Below are positions 38,770 through 50,611 of a DNA stretch of 64,000 nt, piece by piece (positions within the stretch are counted from its first letter, which is position 1; the number at the start of each line of letters is the position of its first letter). The position numbers and the translations under genes are program-made. The notes under the pieces are model-generated. The model searched no databases and was not told the DNA's origin. It was given only the letters and a program-made list of their open reading frames with translations. Source of the DNA: Octopus sinensis (lineage: Eukaryota); assembly GCF_006345805.1 (NCBI RefSeq), contig NC_043004.1:70556001-70620000 (forward strand). Direction: 5' to 3'.

Positions 38770-39420
38770 AGGCGGAAAGCTAGCAGAAACACTAGCATGC
38801 TAGGCGAAATGCTTAGCAGGCGCAGGAGTGGCTGTGTGGTAAGTAGCTTGCTTACAAACCACATGGTTCCAGGTTCAGTCCCACTGCGTGGAACCTTGGG
38901 CAAGTGTCTTCTACTATAGCCTCGGGCCAACCAAAGCCTTGTGAGTGGATTTGGTAGACAGAAACTGAAAGAATCCCGTCGTATATATGTATATGTATAT
39001 ATGTGTGTGTGTTTGTGTGTCTGTGTTTGTTCCCCCAACATCACTTGCAAACCAATGCTGGTGTGTTTATGTCCCTGTAACTTAGTGGTTCAGCAAAAGA
39101 GAATGATAGAATAAATACTAGGCTTACAAAGAATAAGTCCTAGAGTCAATTTGCTTGACTAAAGGCGGTACTCCAGCATGGCCACAGTCAAATGACTGAA
39201 ACAAGTAAAAGAGTAAAAGAGTAAAGAGTAGTATTTTGCCTGTCTTTATGTTCTGAGTTCAAATTCCACCGAGGGCGACTTTGCCTTTCATCCTTTTAGG
39301 GGGTGATTAAATAAGTACCAGTTAAGAACTGGGGCTGATGTAATCGACTTAATTCCTTTGTCTGTCCTTGTTTGTCCTCTCTATGTTTAGCCCATTGAGG
39401 GCAATAAAGAAATAAATGTA
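38770..39420 (+). mobile_element. SINE B split by a young SINE A (38818-39228)
   Basis: The B head ends ...AAATGCTTAGC, the full A follows, and B resumes TAGTATTTTGCCTGTCTTTATGTTCTGAG. Confidence 0.85.
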
Positions 39421-39857
39421 AAGTGCTGAAACAAATGCTACACAGCATATTGTTTGACACTCTAACAATTCAGCCAATCGTCACCCAGGACAGAACTGGC
39501 AATTTATTTCATCAAATTTCAAAGGATGAAAGACAAAGTTGACTTCAGCGAGATTTGAACTTAAAGTGTAAAAAGCTGGAATAAATACAGCAAAGCATTC
39601 ACCCTTCAGTATTCAAACCAGCCATATCTGACCAAAATATCCTACCTGTTTTATGTTCAAAGTAACCAGATCAGATCTCTTGCACTTACCCTACTATGTA
39701 ATTCTAAAAATACACAATCACATCATTGAAATCTCAAAGTTAAAATGTGAATAAACAAGCGTTACCTTTGATGGAGAAATCTGACTACTAGATGGTTAAG
39801 TCTAATGTTCAAGAAAATCTGCCAATTCTCCACTTTGGCATTCTTTTTTTCATTTAA

Positions 39858-40351
39858 CCTTTTAGCATTTAAATCGGCCATATCCAGTCTAAATATTCAA
39901 TCTGTTTTATGCTCAAACTGGCCAGGTCTGGCCTTTTATACCTACCCTACAATGTCATTTTACAAATAAACAATCATCATCATCATTTAACATCCACTTT
40001 CCATGCTGGCATGGGTTGGACGATTTGACTGAGGACTGGTGAACCAGATGGCTACATCAGGCTCCAATCTGATCTGACAGAGTTCCTACAGCTGGATGCC
40101 CTTCCTAACGCCAACCACTCCATGAGTGTAGTGGGGCTTTTACGTGCCACCGGCATGAGGGCCAGTCTGGCAGTACTGACAACGGCCACACTCAGGAGCC
40201 AGTCCACCAGGACTGGCAATGACCTCGCTCAAATGTTCTTTCATGTGCCACACATCATCAAAATCTCAAAGCTATGAAACAATGCATGATTAATTTAAAA
40301 TTATGTGAAAATATAAGCATTACATTTGACAGTAATCTGAATGCTAAGGGG
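39858..40351 (+). mobile_element. piggyBac-like MITE (TTAA flanks) with nested family D (about 39975-40255)
   Basis: TTAA|CCTTTTAGCATT...AATGCTAAGGGG|TTAA (TTAA at 39854-39857 and 40352-40355). Confidence 0.65.
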
Positions 40352-40610
40352 TTAATTCCTTTGACTCCATGTGAGGCATAGAGTACCAACAAGAGATCTC
40401 CATCTGTCTTGGTTTTTGACAATAGATTGCAGTTGTTCCCAGCTATAACTATCTGCAAGTACTTCAGTTTCTCTGGACCTTCCTCATGTTGTTTTTTGCC
40501 TGACAGACTTCTATTTATCTCCCACAAGGTTTGCTTCTTATTGCAATGTTGTGGCTTGAGTGCATTTATGACCCTGAAAGCTTTCAAATGTCCATCTATG
40601 CTGGACATGT
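40352..40610 (-). mobile_element. RTE LINE 3' remnant
   Basis: Minus strand RQKTT*GRSRETEVLADSYSWEQLQSIVKNQDRWRSLVGTLCLTWSQRN*, like the RTE terminus (RPKTTWRR...TW.QL...AQ.R.RWR.LV..LC). Confidence 0.7.
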
Positions 40611-40870
40611 CAAAGGATAGAGGCCAGGGCCAACATCTCTATCTAGAAAAAAAGCAAATTACAGAAGCATTGACAACAATTAAAAACCAGTAAGATCTGA
40701 GAGAGGAAGACCTTCCCTTGGGAAAACATATGATGCAGTGCAGGAAAATCTGAGAAGCTGCAAGGAAAAAACAGCCGGGATCCAACTGGAGACAAACAGA
40801 AGAGACAGCCCAAGGTTGAGAACAGAACAGTCATTGATGGCTTATGCTCCAAAGAAGTGAAGTGGCCTAA
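40590..40870 (+). mobile_element. Second RTE-type 3' remnant, opposite orientation
   Basis: Broken frames give YAGHV, RSERGRP, QENLRSCK and RTVIDGLCSKEVKWPK*. Confidence 0.45.
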
Positions 40871-42477
40871 ATAAGTAAGTTTACTTCCATTTCCCTCGGA
40901 AGTGTCCATCAGAGGACTTGCATTGTAATGTCAGAAACAGGTTTTTATTAGGTATATCCCAGCCAAGCCCTGTTTTCTCCTTTTGATCTAGGTTTTGATA
41001 CTTTGTTGGTTTGACTATAAATAAATAAAGTTGAACTTGGTGAGTTGATAAAACACTACTAATCTAAGGCAGTAGAATAACAGAAAACCATTAGAGTATG
41101 AAATGAGATGTTTTGCAGTATCTGTTCCAGCCCTATTTATTCTGAGACTAATGCCTGCAATAACACTGATGAAAAGCTATATTGGTCTTGAAGGAACAAC
41201 CTTGGAAACAGAAATGGCATGGAAAGAGGAGACTGCAAAGATAAACAACGGCCAGCTTTCAGCCAAAAAAAGAAAACTTGTCCTGGACTGTACATAGATG
41301 TGCAGCTACATGGTCAACCCTGATTATACTTGAACATTTCAAGACAATTCTTATTTGGATTTACTGCATTCCTAAATGTCAGGAGACCACATCTCACTTG
41401 TACATTTCAATTTGGTAACTTTTCTTTTTTTTTTCACATGTAGATACCCTTCCTAACATCAACTACTTTACAAAGTGCACTGGTGTATTTATATATGTCT
41501 ATATAAAATGTATATGTATGTGTATGTATATGTATGTGTGTTGAGTGTGTATATCTGTATATAATCAGATACAGTACATTACTATATTTGACATAGTGTT
41601 AACATATTTATTGTAATAAGTAAAAAAACAACTTGTTCTTCAGTATGTATGTATTTATACATACATACATATATACATATATACATATACACATATATTT
41701 GTATGTGTTGTGTATGTGTGTATGTATATGAGTCAAGGAATAAACGTCTTTATATATATATATATATATATATAAATAAGTTCAGCAAAATTTAGATTCA
41801 AATGAATATGGTACTTAAGTTAGATGCACCAGAATTCTGTATGGTGTTATCCATATAAATCCATGGGGTGATTATAATCAAAATAAGCAACAAGAATAAC
41901 TTCGGTAATTTGGTACGTAAGTATATATATATATATATGACCTTGTCACACTACTTTACAGTATACAACAAAACACAATAGATAAGGCTAAAATATCTAT
42001 TATATATATATATATATATATATATACAGTAAAAATTGATTATCAGTAAAGTTTAAATCAGTTCATTAGCAATCACATTGTTATTTAAGAAACATTCCTT
42101 AATCAGTTGTTGACCTCATCCAAATTTTCTTCATACATAAAAAAACATTGATATTGTTAGTGATGTCATTGTCATTTTGTAGTTACCGCTTTGCATTTCA
42201 CTCATGCTTTCTGTGTTTCCTAGATTCTTTTTGTTTCCTAGATTAAGTATATCAGCACTCACCCAATTATTGCTTCATGCAAGATGGTATCCATAGGTAA
42301 TTTCTGTTATTGTATTAAAATTCATCATCCTATTCAATTAATTAAAAAAAATAAAACGGCACCTGTTTCATGGTTCAGCTGTTTTACACTAAGGAAGTTT
42401 GTGGTCACAACTTCCACATACATAACAACAACAGCAACAACAATAATAATAATAAATAAAAGTAATTCAAACACTCT

Positions 42478-42855
42478 CTTTTTACTCTTTTACTTGTTTC
42501 AGTCATTTGACTGTGGCCATGCTGAAGCACCGCCTTTAGTCGAGCAAATCGACCCCATGACTTATTCTTTGTAAGCCTAGTACTTATTCTATCATTCTCT
42601 TTTGCTGAACCGCTAAATTACAGGGACATAAACTCACCAGCATTGGTTTGCAAGTGATGTTGGGGGGACAAACACACAAACACACACACATATATACATA
42701 TACATATAAATGACAGGCTTCTTTCAGTTTCCGTCTACCAAATTCACTCACAAGGCTTTGGTCGACCCGAAGCTATAGGTGTCACGCAGTGGGACTGAAC
42801 CCAGAACTATGTGGTTGGTAAGCAAACTACTTACCACACAGCCACTCCTGTGCCT
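42478..42855 (-). mobile_element. SINE family A
   Basis: Near-consensus copy. Confidence 0.85.
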
Positions 42856-43130
42856 ATGTGGAGCTTAAAACAGAAACAATTCCTATAATAGTAGGTGCAT
42901 TAAGTATGATAAAAAAAAACACTCAGACAAATACATAACAAAAACATCAGGACTTATAAGTAGATATCACATACAGAAAATCGCACTACTAGGTACTGCA
43001 CACATCCTACATAAAACACTTTCAATACAATGAAAATAAGAGCACCACAACAAACTACAGCACATACCCAAGGCACACAGAGCTGCACTCAGTAGTGCAG
43101 TGAAAGCACACGATAAAAATAGGACTACTG
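42856..43130 (+). mobile_element. R4/Dong-like 3' end followed by (AAT)n
   Basis: MWSLKTETIPIIVGAL...IQKIALLGTAHILHKTLSIQ*; 3'UTR matches 11970-12240. Confidence 0.8.
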
Positions 43131-43184
43131 AATAATAATAATAATAAAAATAATAATAATGATAATAATAATAATAATGATAAA

Positions 43185-43224
<40 letters not shown>

Positions 43225-43243
43225 TAATAATAATAATAATAAT

Positions 43244-43731
43244 ACATTGGTTTGGCTTGGTATAAAAGATGGGCTACAGCAAATATTCTGCTCAGTACCA
43301 CAGATTTGCTTGTCAGTTGTTGGCCTAAACCAGTTGAGCATGTCCATTGGTGGCTGACAATATGTGCATCTCTGATCACGAGCAGAAGTAGTGGGGGAGC
43401 ATCATAGCCATGTGTTGAGAGGGATTCTTTGGGGTTTGAATAATTCAACTCTGGAAAAGTGAGCATTTTGTTCATCATCCTTAAACAACCTATATTCAGG
43501 TACCTTTTGAGCAGGATGGGTTACTGGACCTGAAGAAAATTCTAACAAGGCCCTACCTGCAATGTCATGCACTGTTTATCTTGATATGAAGTCACCATGT
43601 CACACACAGATGATCATGATGCTTATGTCTGGTGTACCCTTATTAAACAGGTAGTCATGTTGGGTGTATTGGGCTTTGTATATTTGTATCAAAGTGTCAC
43701 TTTGATGGCATGCACTGTTCTTCTCACTCAA
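43244..43731 (+). mobile_element. ~480-bp unclassified element embedded in (AAT)n (copy 1)
   Basis: Collinear with the reverse complement of 52254-52720; no ORF; microsatellite on both sides. Confidence 0.8.
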
Positions 43732-44139
43732 TAATGATGATGATGATGATGGCATGATCACCAGGTCAAAAGAATGCTGGTGTTGGAGAAATGCAAAATT
43801 TTATGGGATTTTCCAATTCAAACAGATAAAAAGCTAGAAAATAATCTTTTCTACTCTAAGCACAAGGCCTGAAGTTTGTGGGGAGGAGGCCCGTCGATTA
43901 GATCGTCCCCAGTACACAACTGGTACTTAATTTATCAACCCCAAAAGGATGAAAGGCAAAGTTGACCTCAGCGGAATTTGAACTCAGAATGTAAAGACAG
44001 AAGAAATACCACTAAGCATTTCGCCTGGCATGCTAACGTTTCTGCCAGCTCGCCACCTTAAGCTAGAAAATAATAAACCAAACATATCAACAATAGACAA
44101 GTAAAGTGAATTTGTTTAGTAATGATCCATTATGTCTGT

Positions 44140-44390
44140 TTGACTTCAAGTTTGTAAAGAAAGAAGATGAAAAATGCAATCCCTTTGCCTGTAATAATTG
44201 GTGAACTGGAAACTGAGTAATGATATAAATAAATGATTGAAAGCAATTGAAATAGAGTGACTGTAGAGCTTCTTAGGGATAGGAAAGATTATCAGGAGTG
44301 TTTATAAGCACTCGAAAGAATATTGAAACTTTGTGGATACCTAAGGTTACAGGTAGTAGCTCGCTACCCACATAAATTCTTCCAGGAATA
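44140..44390 (+). mobile_element. Old R4-like RLE C-terminal remnant
   Basis: LPVIIGELET, K*LKAIEIE, VELL and GKIIRSV resemble PVIIGALGT...KWLKEIGI...VELLQK..LLGTAKIIRKV. Confidence 0.35.
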
Positions 44391-44498
44391 AGAGTCAAAT
44401 CATCAATAATTTAAATGCTGAAGAATTATATGGCTAAATTCAAACAACTCTATTAGTTACTACCACTCCATCAACACCACCTCCACTATATCCAGTAA

Positions 44499-44532
<34 letters not shown>

Positions 44533-44779
44533 GTCATCATCATCGTCATCGTCATCATCATCCTCATTATCATCATCATCATTGACATTATCAACATTAT
44601 TATGATTCAACTACTTATAACATTGCATAACTACCTAAATCATAGGTTTCACAGCTGGAAGCCCTTTCCATTCTAAAGACAGAGAGAGAAACAAAGACAG
44701 GCACCAGTGAAACATGAAACAAAAATGACAATAAGTTTTATTTATTCATCAATTTGTTTATTTATTCGTTTATTCATTG

Positions 44780-44978
44780 GTCTATTTTGCAAGTAGTTCA
44801 AGTCAGGCAAGTATAGTTAATGTGCTACATACAGGTTTACGTGCTACACACAGACATTCATCATATTGGATCACTGAACTCTACATTTCTTTTCATTCTC
44901 TCTTTGTTTATTTTCTCTATTCCTTTCTGTCGAAGAGCATAGGTTCAAAACTTAAAAGACTTTTTCATTTTTCCCGAG
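44780..44978 (+). mobile_element. Penelope-like remnant: GIY-YIG-terminus-like peptide then pLTR with a decayed hammerhead-like motif
   Basis: ...SSYWITELY... resembles the E.YWI..L end of PLE endonucleases. 44923-44958 reads CTTT-CTGTCGA-A-GAGC-ATAG-GTTC-AAAA-CTT-AAAAG. Confidence 0.4.
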
Positions 44979-44980
44979 CA

Positions 44981-45392
44981 ACAGGAGTGGCTGTGTGGTA
45001 AGTAGCTTGCTAACCAACCACATGGTTCCGGGTTCAGTCCCACTGTGTGGCATCTTGTGCAAGTGTCTTCTGCTATAGCCCCGGGCCGATCAATGCCTTG
45101 TGAGTGGATTTGGTAGACAGAAACTGAAAGAAGCCTGTCGTATATATGTATGTATATATATGTGTGTGTGTATGTCTGTGTTTGTCCCCCTAGCATTGCT
45201 TGACAACCGATGCTGGTGTGTTTACGTCCCCGTCACTTAGCGGTTCGGCAAAAGAGACCAATAGAATAAGTACTGGGCTTAAAAAGAATAAGTCCTGGGG
45301 TCGATTTGCTCGACTAAAGGCGGTGCTCCAGCATGGCCGCAGTCAAATGACAGAAACAAGTAAAAGAATAAAAAGAAAAGAATAAAAGAAAG
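44981..45392 (+). mobile_element. SINE family A, young
   Basis: Near-consensus copy with (AAAAGAAT)n tail. Confidence 0.9.
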
Positions 45393-46609
45393 AATAACAA
45401 ACTAATACACTTGCTTATTGTTCATACACCTGTCTTTGTCTTTTGGTTTTCTATAAAATTCAACTTAATATGTAAATTCCTGATCTAAGAACTTGTCACT
45501 CAGAAATGCCGTAATTCTGAAAATCCCATTCTGAAACTAAATAGCAAAGATATGGAAAAAAAAAAAAAAGGAAAAAATCACTGGTGTAGCTGATTTTACT
45601 TCTCATTATGAGAGTCAAAGGAAAGACACAAACATACACACATAAACATACACATGTGATTATGTTGCTAAACATTTTGCTAACTCCATAGTTATGAGTT
45701 CCATTTAACAATGTGGCACTAGAAACAAGTGATTTTACGATATGCCATTTCATCGACCAATTCCTTGAGAGTCAAATTTGGCCAATGAAAATTGCAGAAA
45801 CTAACTGTGTGTGTGTGTGCATGCGCACGCATGCATACATGCATGAGTACACCTTCTCCTTGACATACAACCACAAAAAGTTGAAAACTTTGCAAAGGTT
45901 GAACATGTCATTCAAGATGCTGTGTTGTTATCATAAGATATATGATGAAAAAAACTATTCACACAATGCCCACCATCTTCCTTGAATAACCACCTCAACC
46001 CAAAAACATGACTGTGAAGATCAAACATTTATTTTCAATTGCATTTTTTTCCCAGGAACAATTTTTTTATTGTATGAATACACAATTTCATTTGTATTAA
46101 TCTTTACATTAATATTAGATATTTTTGTTTACAGTACAGCAGAGTACATATTACACATTTTTCACATTATATACAATAATTATGAATTAAACTTTTTTGA
46201 TTTATATTTTTCTAATCTGTTTGAAAGAAAATACTGTTAAAAAAAATATTAATCCAACATACAATCAGATCAACTTATGACCTGTCAGTCAGAACGAAAC
46301 TCGATCATAAGGTGAGGAGACAGGTATGTGTTTATGTATACGTGTGTGTGTGCATATATATAATATAATATATATATATATGTAGAGTAAGTGTGTTTGA
46401 AAGTTGTGGTTTCTTTGGTATGTTTGTTTCCAAACAACAGTTATTTTAGTGCTGTTGACACCACCAGATTGAATGGTACTGCCCAGGTGTCGAAACCATA
46501 ATGATATCTGTGGGGCAGCTGATGATGGAGATGTGTTGGATTGTTGGTATCACTGTTTTTGCATATAGTGTTATAAGACATTTATATATATATATATATA
46601 ATATATATA

Positions 46610-46775
46610 TATATTATATTAAATTAGAGACAAAACCACTATTATGCAAATCAAACAAAGAAAGACTTAAGCCAATACATAAAATAATTTATATAAATTA
46701 TTTTATGTATTGGCTTAAGTCTTTCTTTGTTTGATTTGCATAATAGTGGTTTTGTCTCTAATTTAATATAATATA
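46610..46775. repeat. Perfect 166-bp palindrome (83-bp arms, no spacer)
   Basis: Left arm TATATTATATTAAATTAGAGAC...CATAAAATAATTTAT is exactly mirrored; centre between 46692 and 46693. Confidence 0.9.
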
Positions 46776-47312
46776 ATATTTTACTATAAAATTGGATTCA
46801 ATCCTAAATCTGATTTTTCCCTGTAAATTTGGATTTATTCCCTAATATTTATTATTATATATATATATATATATATATATATCTTATCTCTTCTCTCTTA
46901 CTTATTTTAGTCATTGGACTGCAGCCATGATAGAGCACCATTTTAAAAAAAAAGGGTTTTTTGTCAGTACTTATTTTTTAACTAGTATTTATTCTATTAA
47001 TAGCTTTTGCTGAACTGCTAAGTTACTTGAACACAAAGAGACCAACACCAGTTGTCAAGTGGTGATGTGGGACAAACACAAAGGAACACATAGATATATA
47101 CATATACGTATATATGATGGGCTTGTTTTTCAGTTTCCGTCTACCAAATCCACTCACAAAGCTGTGGTGAGCCTAGGGCTAGAGTAGAAAATGCTTGCTC
47201 AAAGTGCCATGCAATGGGACTGAACCCAGAACTGTGTAGCTGAGAAGTAAACTTCTTACCATACAGCTGCACCTACACCTATATATATACACACACACAC
47301 ATATATATATAC

Positions 47313-47356
<44 letters not shown>

Positions 47357-47432
47357 TATACACACACATATATTCATACACACACATACTCCCACACACA
47401 CACATATAAATCTAAGAAATTGGAGATATAGC

Positions 47433-47715
47433 ATTTAATAAAAAATTTATTAAATGCAAAACTCAAACATAGTCCCTTACAGCTGTTTCAATTAAGCCTA
47501 AAAGATTAAATAGCAATTATTAAAAATCGCTATATTTGGCAAAATCTTTTCAGAGATGTAGAAAAAAACCTAACAGTATATCTTTTTTCTACCCCTCTGA
47601 AGAGATTTTGCCAAATATAATGATCTTATTAATTGCTATTTAAACGTTTAGGCTTAATTGAAACAACTGTAAGGGACTATGTTTGATTTTTGCAGATAAT
47701 AAATTTTTATTAAAT
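47433..47715. repeat. Imperfect foldback inverted repeat (~135-bp arms)
   Basis: CAAACATAGTCCCTTACAG(C)TGTTTCAATTAAGCCTAAA mirrors TTTAGGCTTAATTGAAACAACTGTAAGGGACTATGTTTG, with a short central spacer. Confidence 0.85.
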
Positions 47716-48050
47716 ACTATATCTCCATTTTCTTACTTTCTTTTGAATGATTATAAACCATGATTTATATATAAACACTACACTCACGGAGTGGTTGGCG
47801 TTAGGAAGGGCATCCAGCCGTAGAAACACTGCCAGATTTGACTGGGCCTGATGAAGCCTTCTGGCTTCACAGACCCCAGTAGAACCGTCCAACCCATGCT
47901 AGCATGGAAAACGGACGCTAAACGATGATGATGATGATGATGATGATTGTTTTACGAATATTATTATTAACAACAAATATTAGGTATTGAACCAGTAATT
48001 CATAGGATGAAACCATCCCTTAGTGAGGCTATTTTAATCTCAATTGAATT

Positions 48051-48091
<41 letters not shown>

Positions 48092-49149
48092 ATGCATGTA
48101 TGTATGCATGTATGTATGTATGTATATATATACATATAGTGTGGGAGACTTAAAAAAAGGGGGAGGGACAAACTCAAGGGCTGCCCCAGAAGGCATACAC
48201 TCTAGCTATACCAGTGACAAGATTTGAACTCAGAATGCAAAAAGCTGGAATAAATACTACAAGGAGTTTTGTTTGATTCCTTAATGATTCTGCTAATCCC
48301 CTGCTTTAATCCTTTAATACTGTTGTATTATGTTTAATAAGAGAAAACATAAAATCAGAATCGTAAGAGGGAAAGGAGCAGTAGAAGAAGAAAACCAGAG
48401 AAGAGATAAGTGGAAGTGGTGAAAGCTGTTCTCGGGATATTGAATTTCATGAAGGACATGACAAGTGACCTTGACAAGTAGAGACATGCTGTGTGGGTGA
48501 AGACTCATCCAACCCATACTAGTATAGAAAAACAAATATAACATAATGGTGATGTTATGATCATACATACACATGCACGTACTCATACATACATACATAC
48601 ATACATACATACAAAGAAATATGTAAAATGTAATGATGCACCCACACACACACACATACACACACACACATACACACACACACACATACACACGCACACT
48701 TATGTTCTAAAGAGACATGTTCACACAGAACATAAATGCAGGTATATATACCTATATGTATGCACACAGCAGCACAAGCACACATTTAAAAACTCCAGGA
48801 ACTGCCTTGACTCAGAAAGTCTTGTCACTTTGTTAGCGATCGTCTTGAATGCCAATCTCAAAGAAAAACATACAAACATAAACACATAATACATACAGTC
48901 ATATAATTTATTAGTGTTGCATTTCCGCAAATTTTTTTCTCTTTGAACTATAGAATTTTAAAATAAAGTAATTAAGATTTTTTTTTTTAAACAAAAAAAA
49001 ATCTCTCCTATATACTACCCCAAATAAATGAATAATAAATTATTTAATTGTATAATTTGATTGCAAGTGAAATTCATTTCCTACAAATTTTGATTTCGGT
49101 GTTTTAGATCAAAGAATATCTTTTACGTTAAACTAGTTTTCCAATAAAG

Positions 49150-49166
49150 TTTCAGTTTGTACATGT

Positions 49167-49197
<31 letters not shown>

Positions 49198-49244
49198 CTC
49201 TCTGTATGAGTGTATGGGTATGTATATATGTGTGCAGGCTTTTG

Positions 49245-49275
<31 letters not shown>

Positions 49276-49925
49276 ATGTGTACATGTGTGTATGTGTATG
49301 TGTATGTGTATGTGCATGTGTGCGTGCTTCTGTGTGGGTGTGTGAGTGTGTATGTGTGTGCATGTGCTTCTCTGTATGTGTGTGTTTGTGCTTGTACTTC
49401 TGCATATGTGTGTGTGTGTGTGCGCATACTGCTGTGTATGTGTGTGTATGTGTGTTTGTGTTTGCATGTATGTGTGTGTATATGTGAGTGTATGCGTACT
49501 TCTTTGTGTGCGTGTGTGCATGTGTGTATGTGTGTGTGTATGCTTGCGCATATGACTGACTGTAGGTCAGTGAGTATGTACTGGTGTGGGTGGGTGTGTA
49601 TATGAATGCATATTTGTATGTGCGTGTATGTGTATGTGTGGGAGTTTAACAGTATATGAGAGTGGTTGGTTGTATGAGTGAATGAGTGTGTCTTCCATGC
49701 ATGTGTACGAGGGTGTGTAAGGTTGTATGAGTGTGTGAGTGTATGTGCCTGAGCATCTGCATGTGTGGATGTATGTGTGAGTGTATGTACAGAGATAAAG
49801 TGCATCAGAGTTTGTGAGTGTCTGCGTGCGCAATTGTGTGTGTGCGCATGCGCAATTGTGTGTGTGTGTGTGTGTTTGTGTGTGCGTGCATGTGTGCAGA
49901 CACAAGACTGTGTGTGTGTAAATGT
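49150..49925. repeat. TG-rich cryptic microsatellite
   Basis: Source of ORFs 49123-49950, including the 260-aa H/T-rich frame. Confidence 0.9.
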
Positions 49926-50131
49926 CTGACTCAATTTCGTTGTAAGTCACTGTATAATCAATACAAAATCAATCAGAAAGTTGGAACAGTAAATTTTTCA
50001 CGTATTGATCTTCATAAAAGAAAACACATTCTTTATCAGTAATATTGTTGTTGTTCTGATTGCTGCTCTATATTCAGTTTTTATTTTTATTTTTAAAATT
50101 TTCCTCTATCCTCAACGTTAACCAAGATTAC

Positions 50132-50157
50132 CTTAGGTGTATGGAATCTGATACAAG
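50132..50157 (-). other. Candidate 26-nt micro-exon
   Basis: Minus strand aaattttatttttttccttccag|CTTGTATCAGATTCCATACACCTAAG|gtaatc. Confidence 0.33.
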
Positions 50158-50571
50158 CTGGAAGGAAAAAAATAAAATTTGGTAAGGAAAGTAGGTAGGG
50201 TTTCTTATAATAGCATCTCTAGAGAAGAAAATAAAACTTAAGGAAGGAGAGCTTGAGAAGTAGACAAATGTGAAATAACTACCTCACTGACTGGCTGATG
50301 GACGGATGGATGGAAAGACTAACTGGGTGAACTGATCATACACAGCTGTCTCTTGCTAGGTCAGAATAGATTTAAGAGCAGATGCAGACATGACTGTGTT
50401 GGTTGAGACATTCAGTTTGCAACCATGAAGTTCCAGGTTCAATCCCACAGCATGGCTATTTGGACTTGTGTTTTCTAGTATAGCCTCAAGTTAGCCAATA
50501 CCTCGTTAGTGATACTTGGTAGGTGAGAACTGTACAGGAACATGACATGTATATGTAAGTACAAGTGTGTG

Positions 50572-50611
<40 letters not shown>

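Noticed and set aside
49123-50042. 260-aa ORF and neighbours
   Set aside because: Same simple-repeat artefact.
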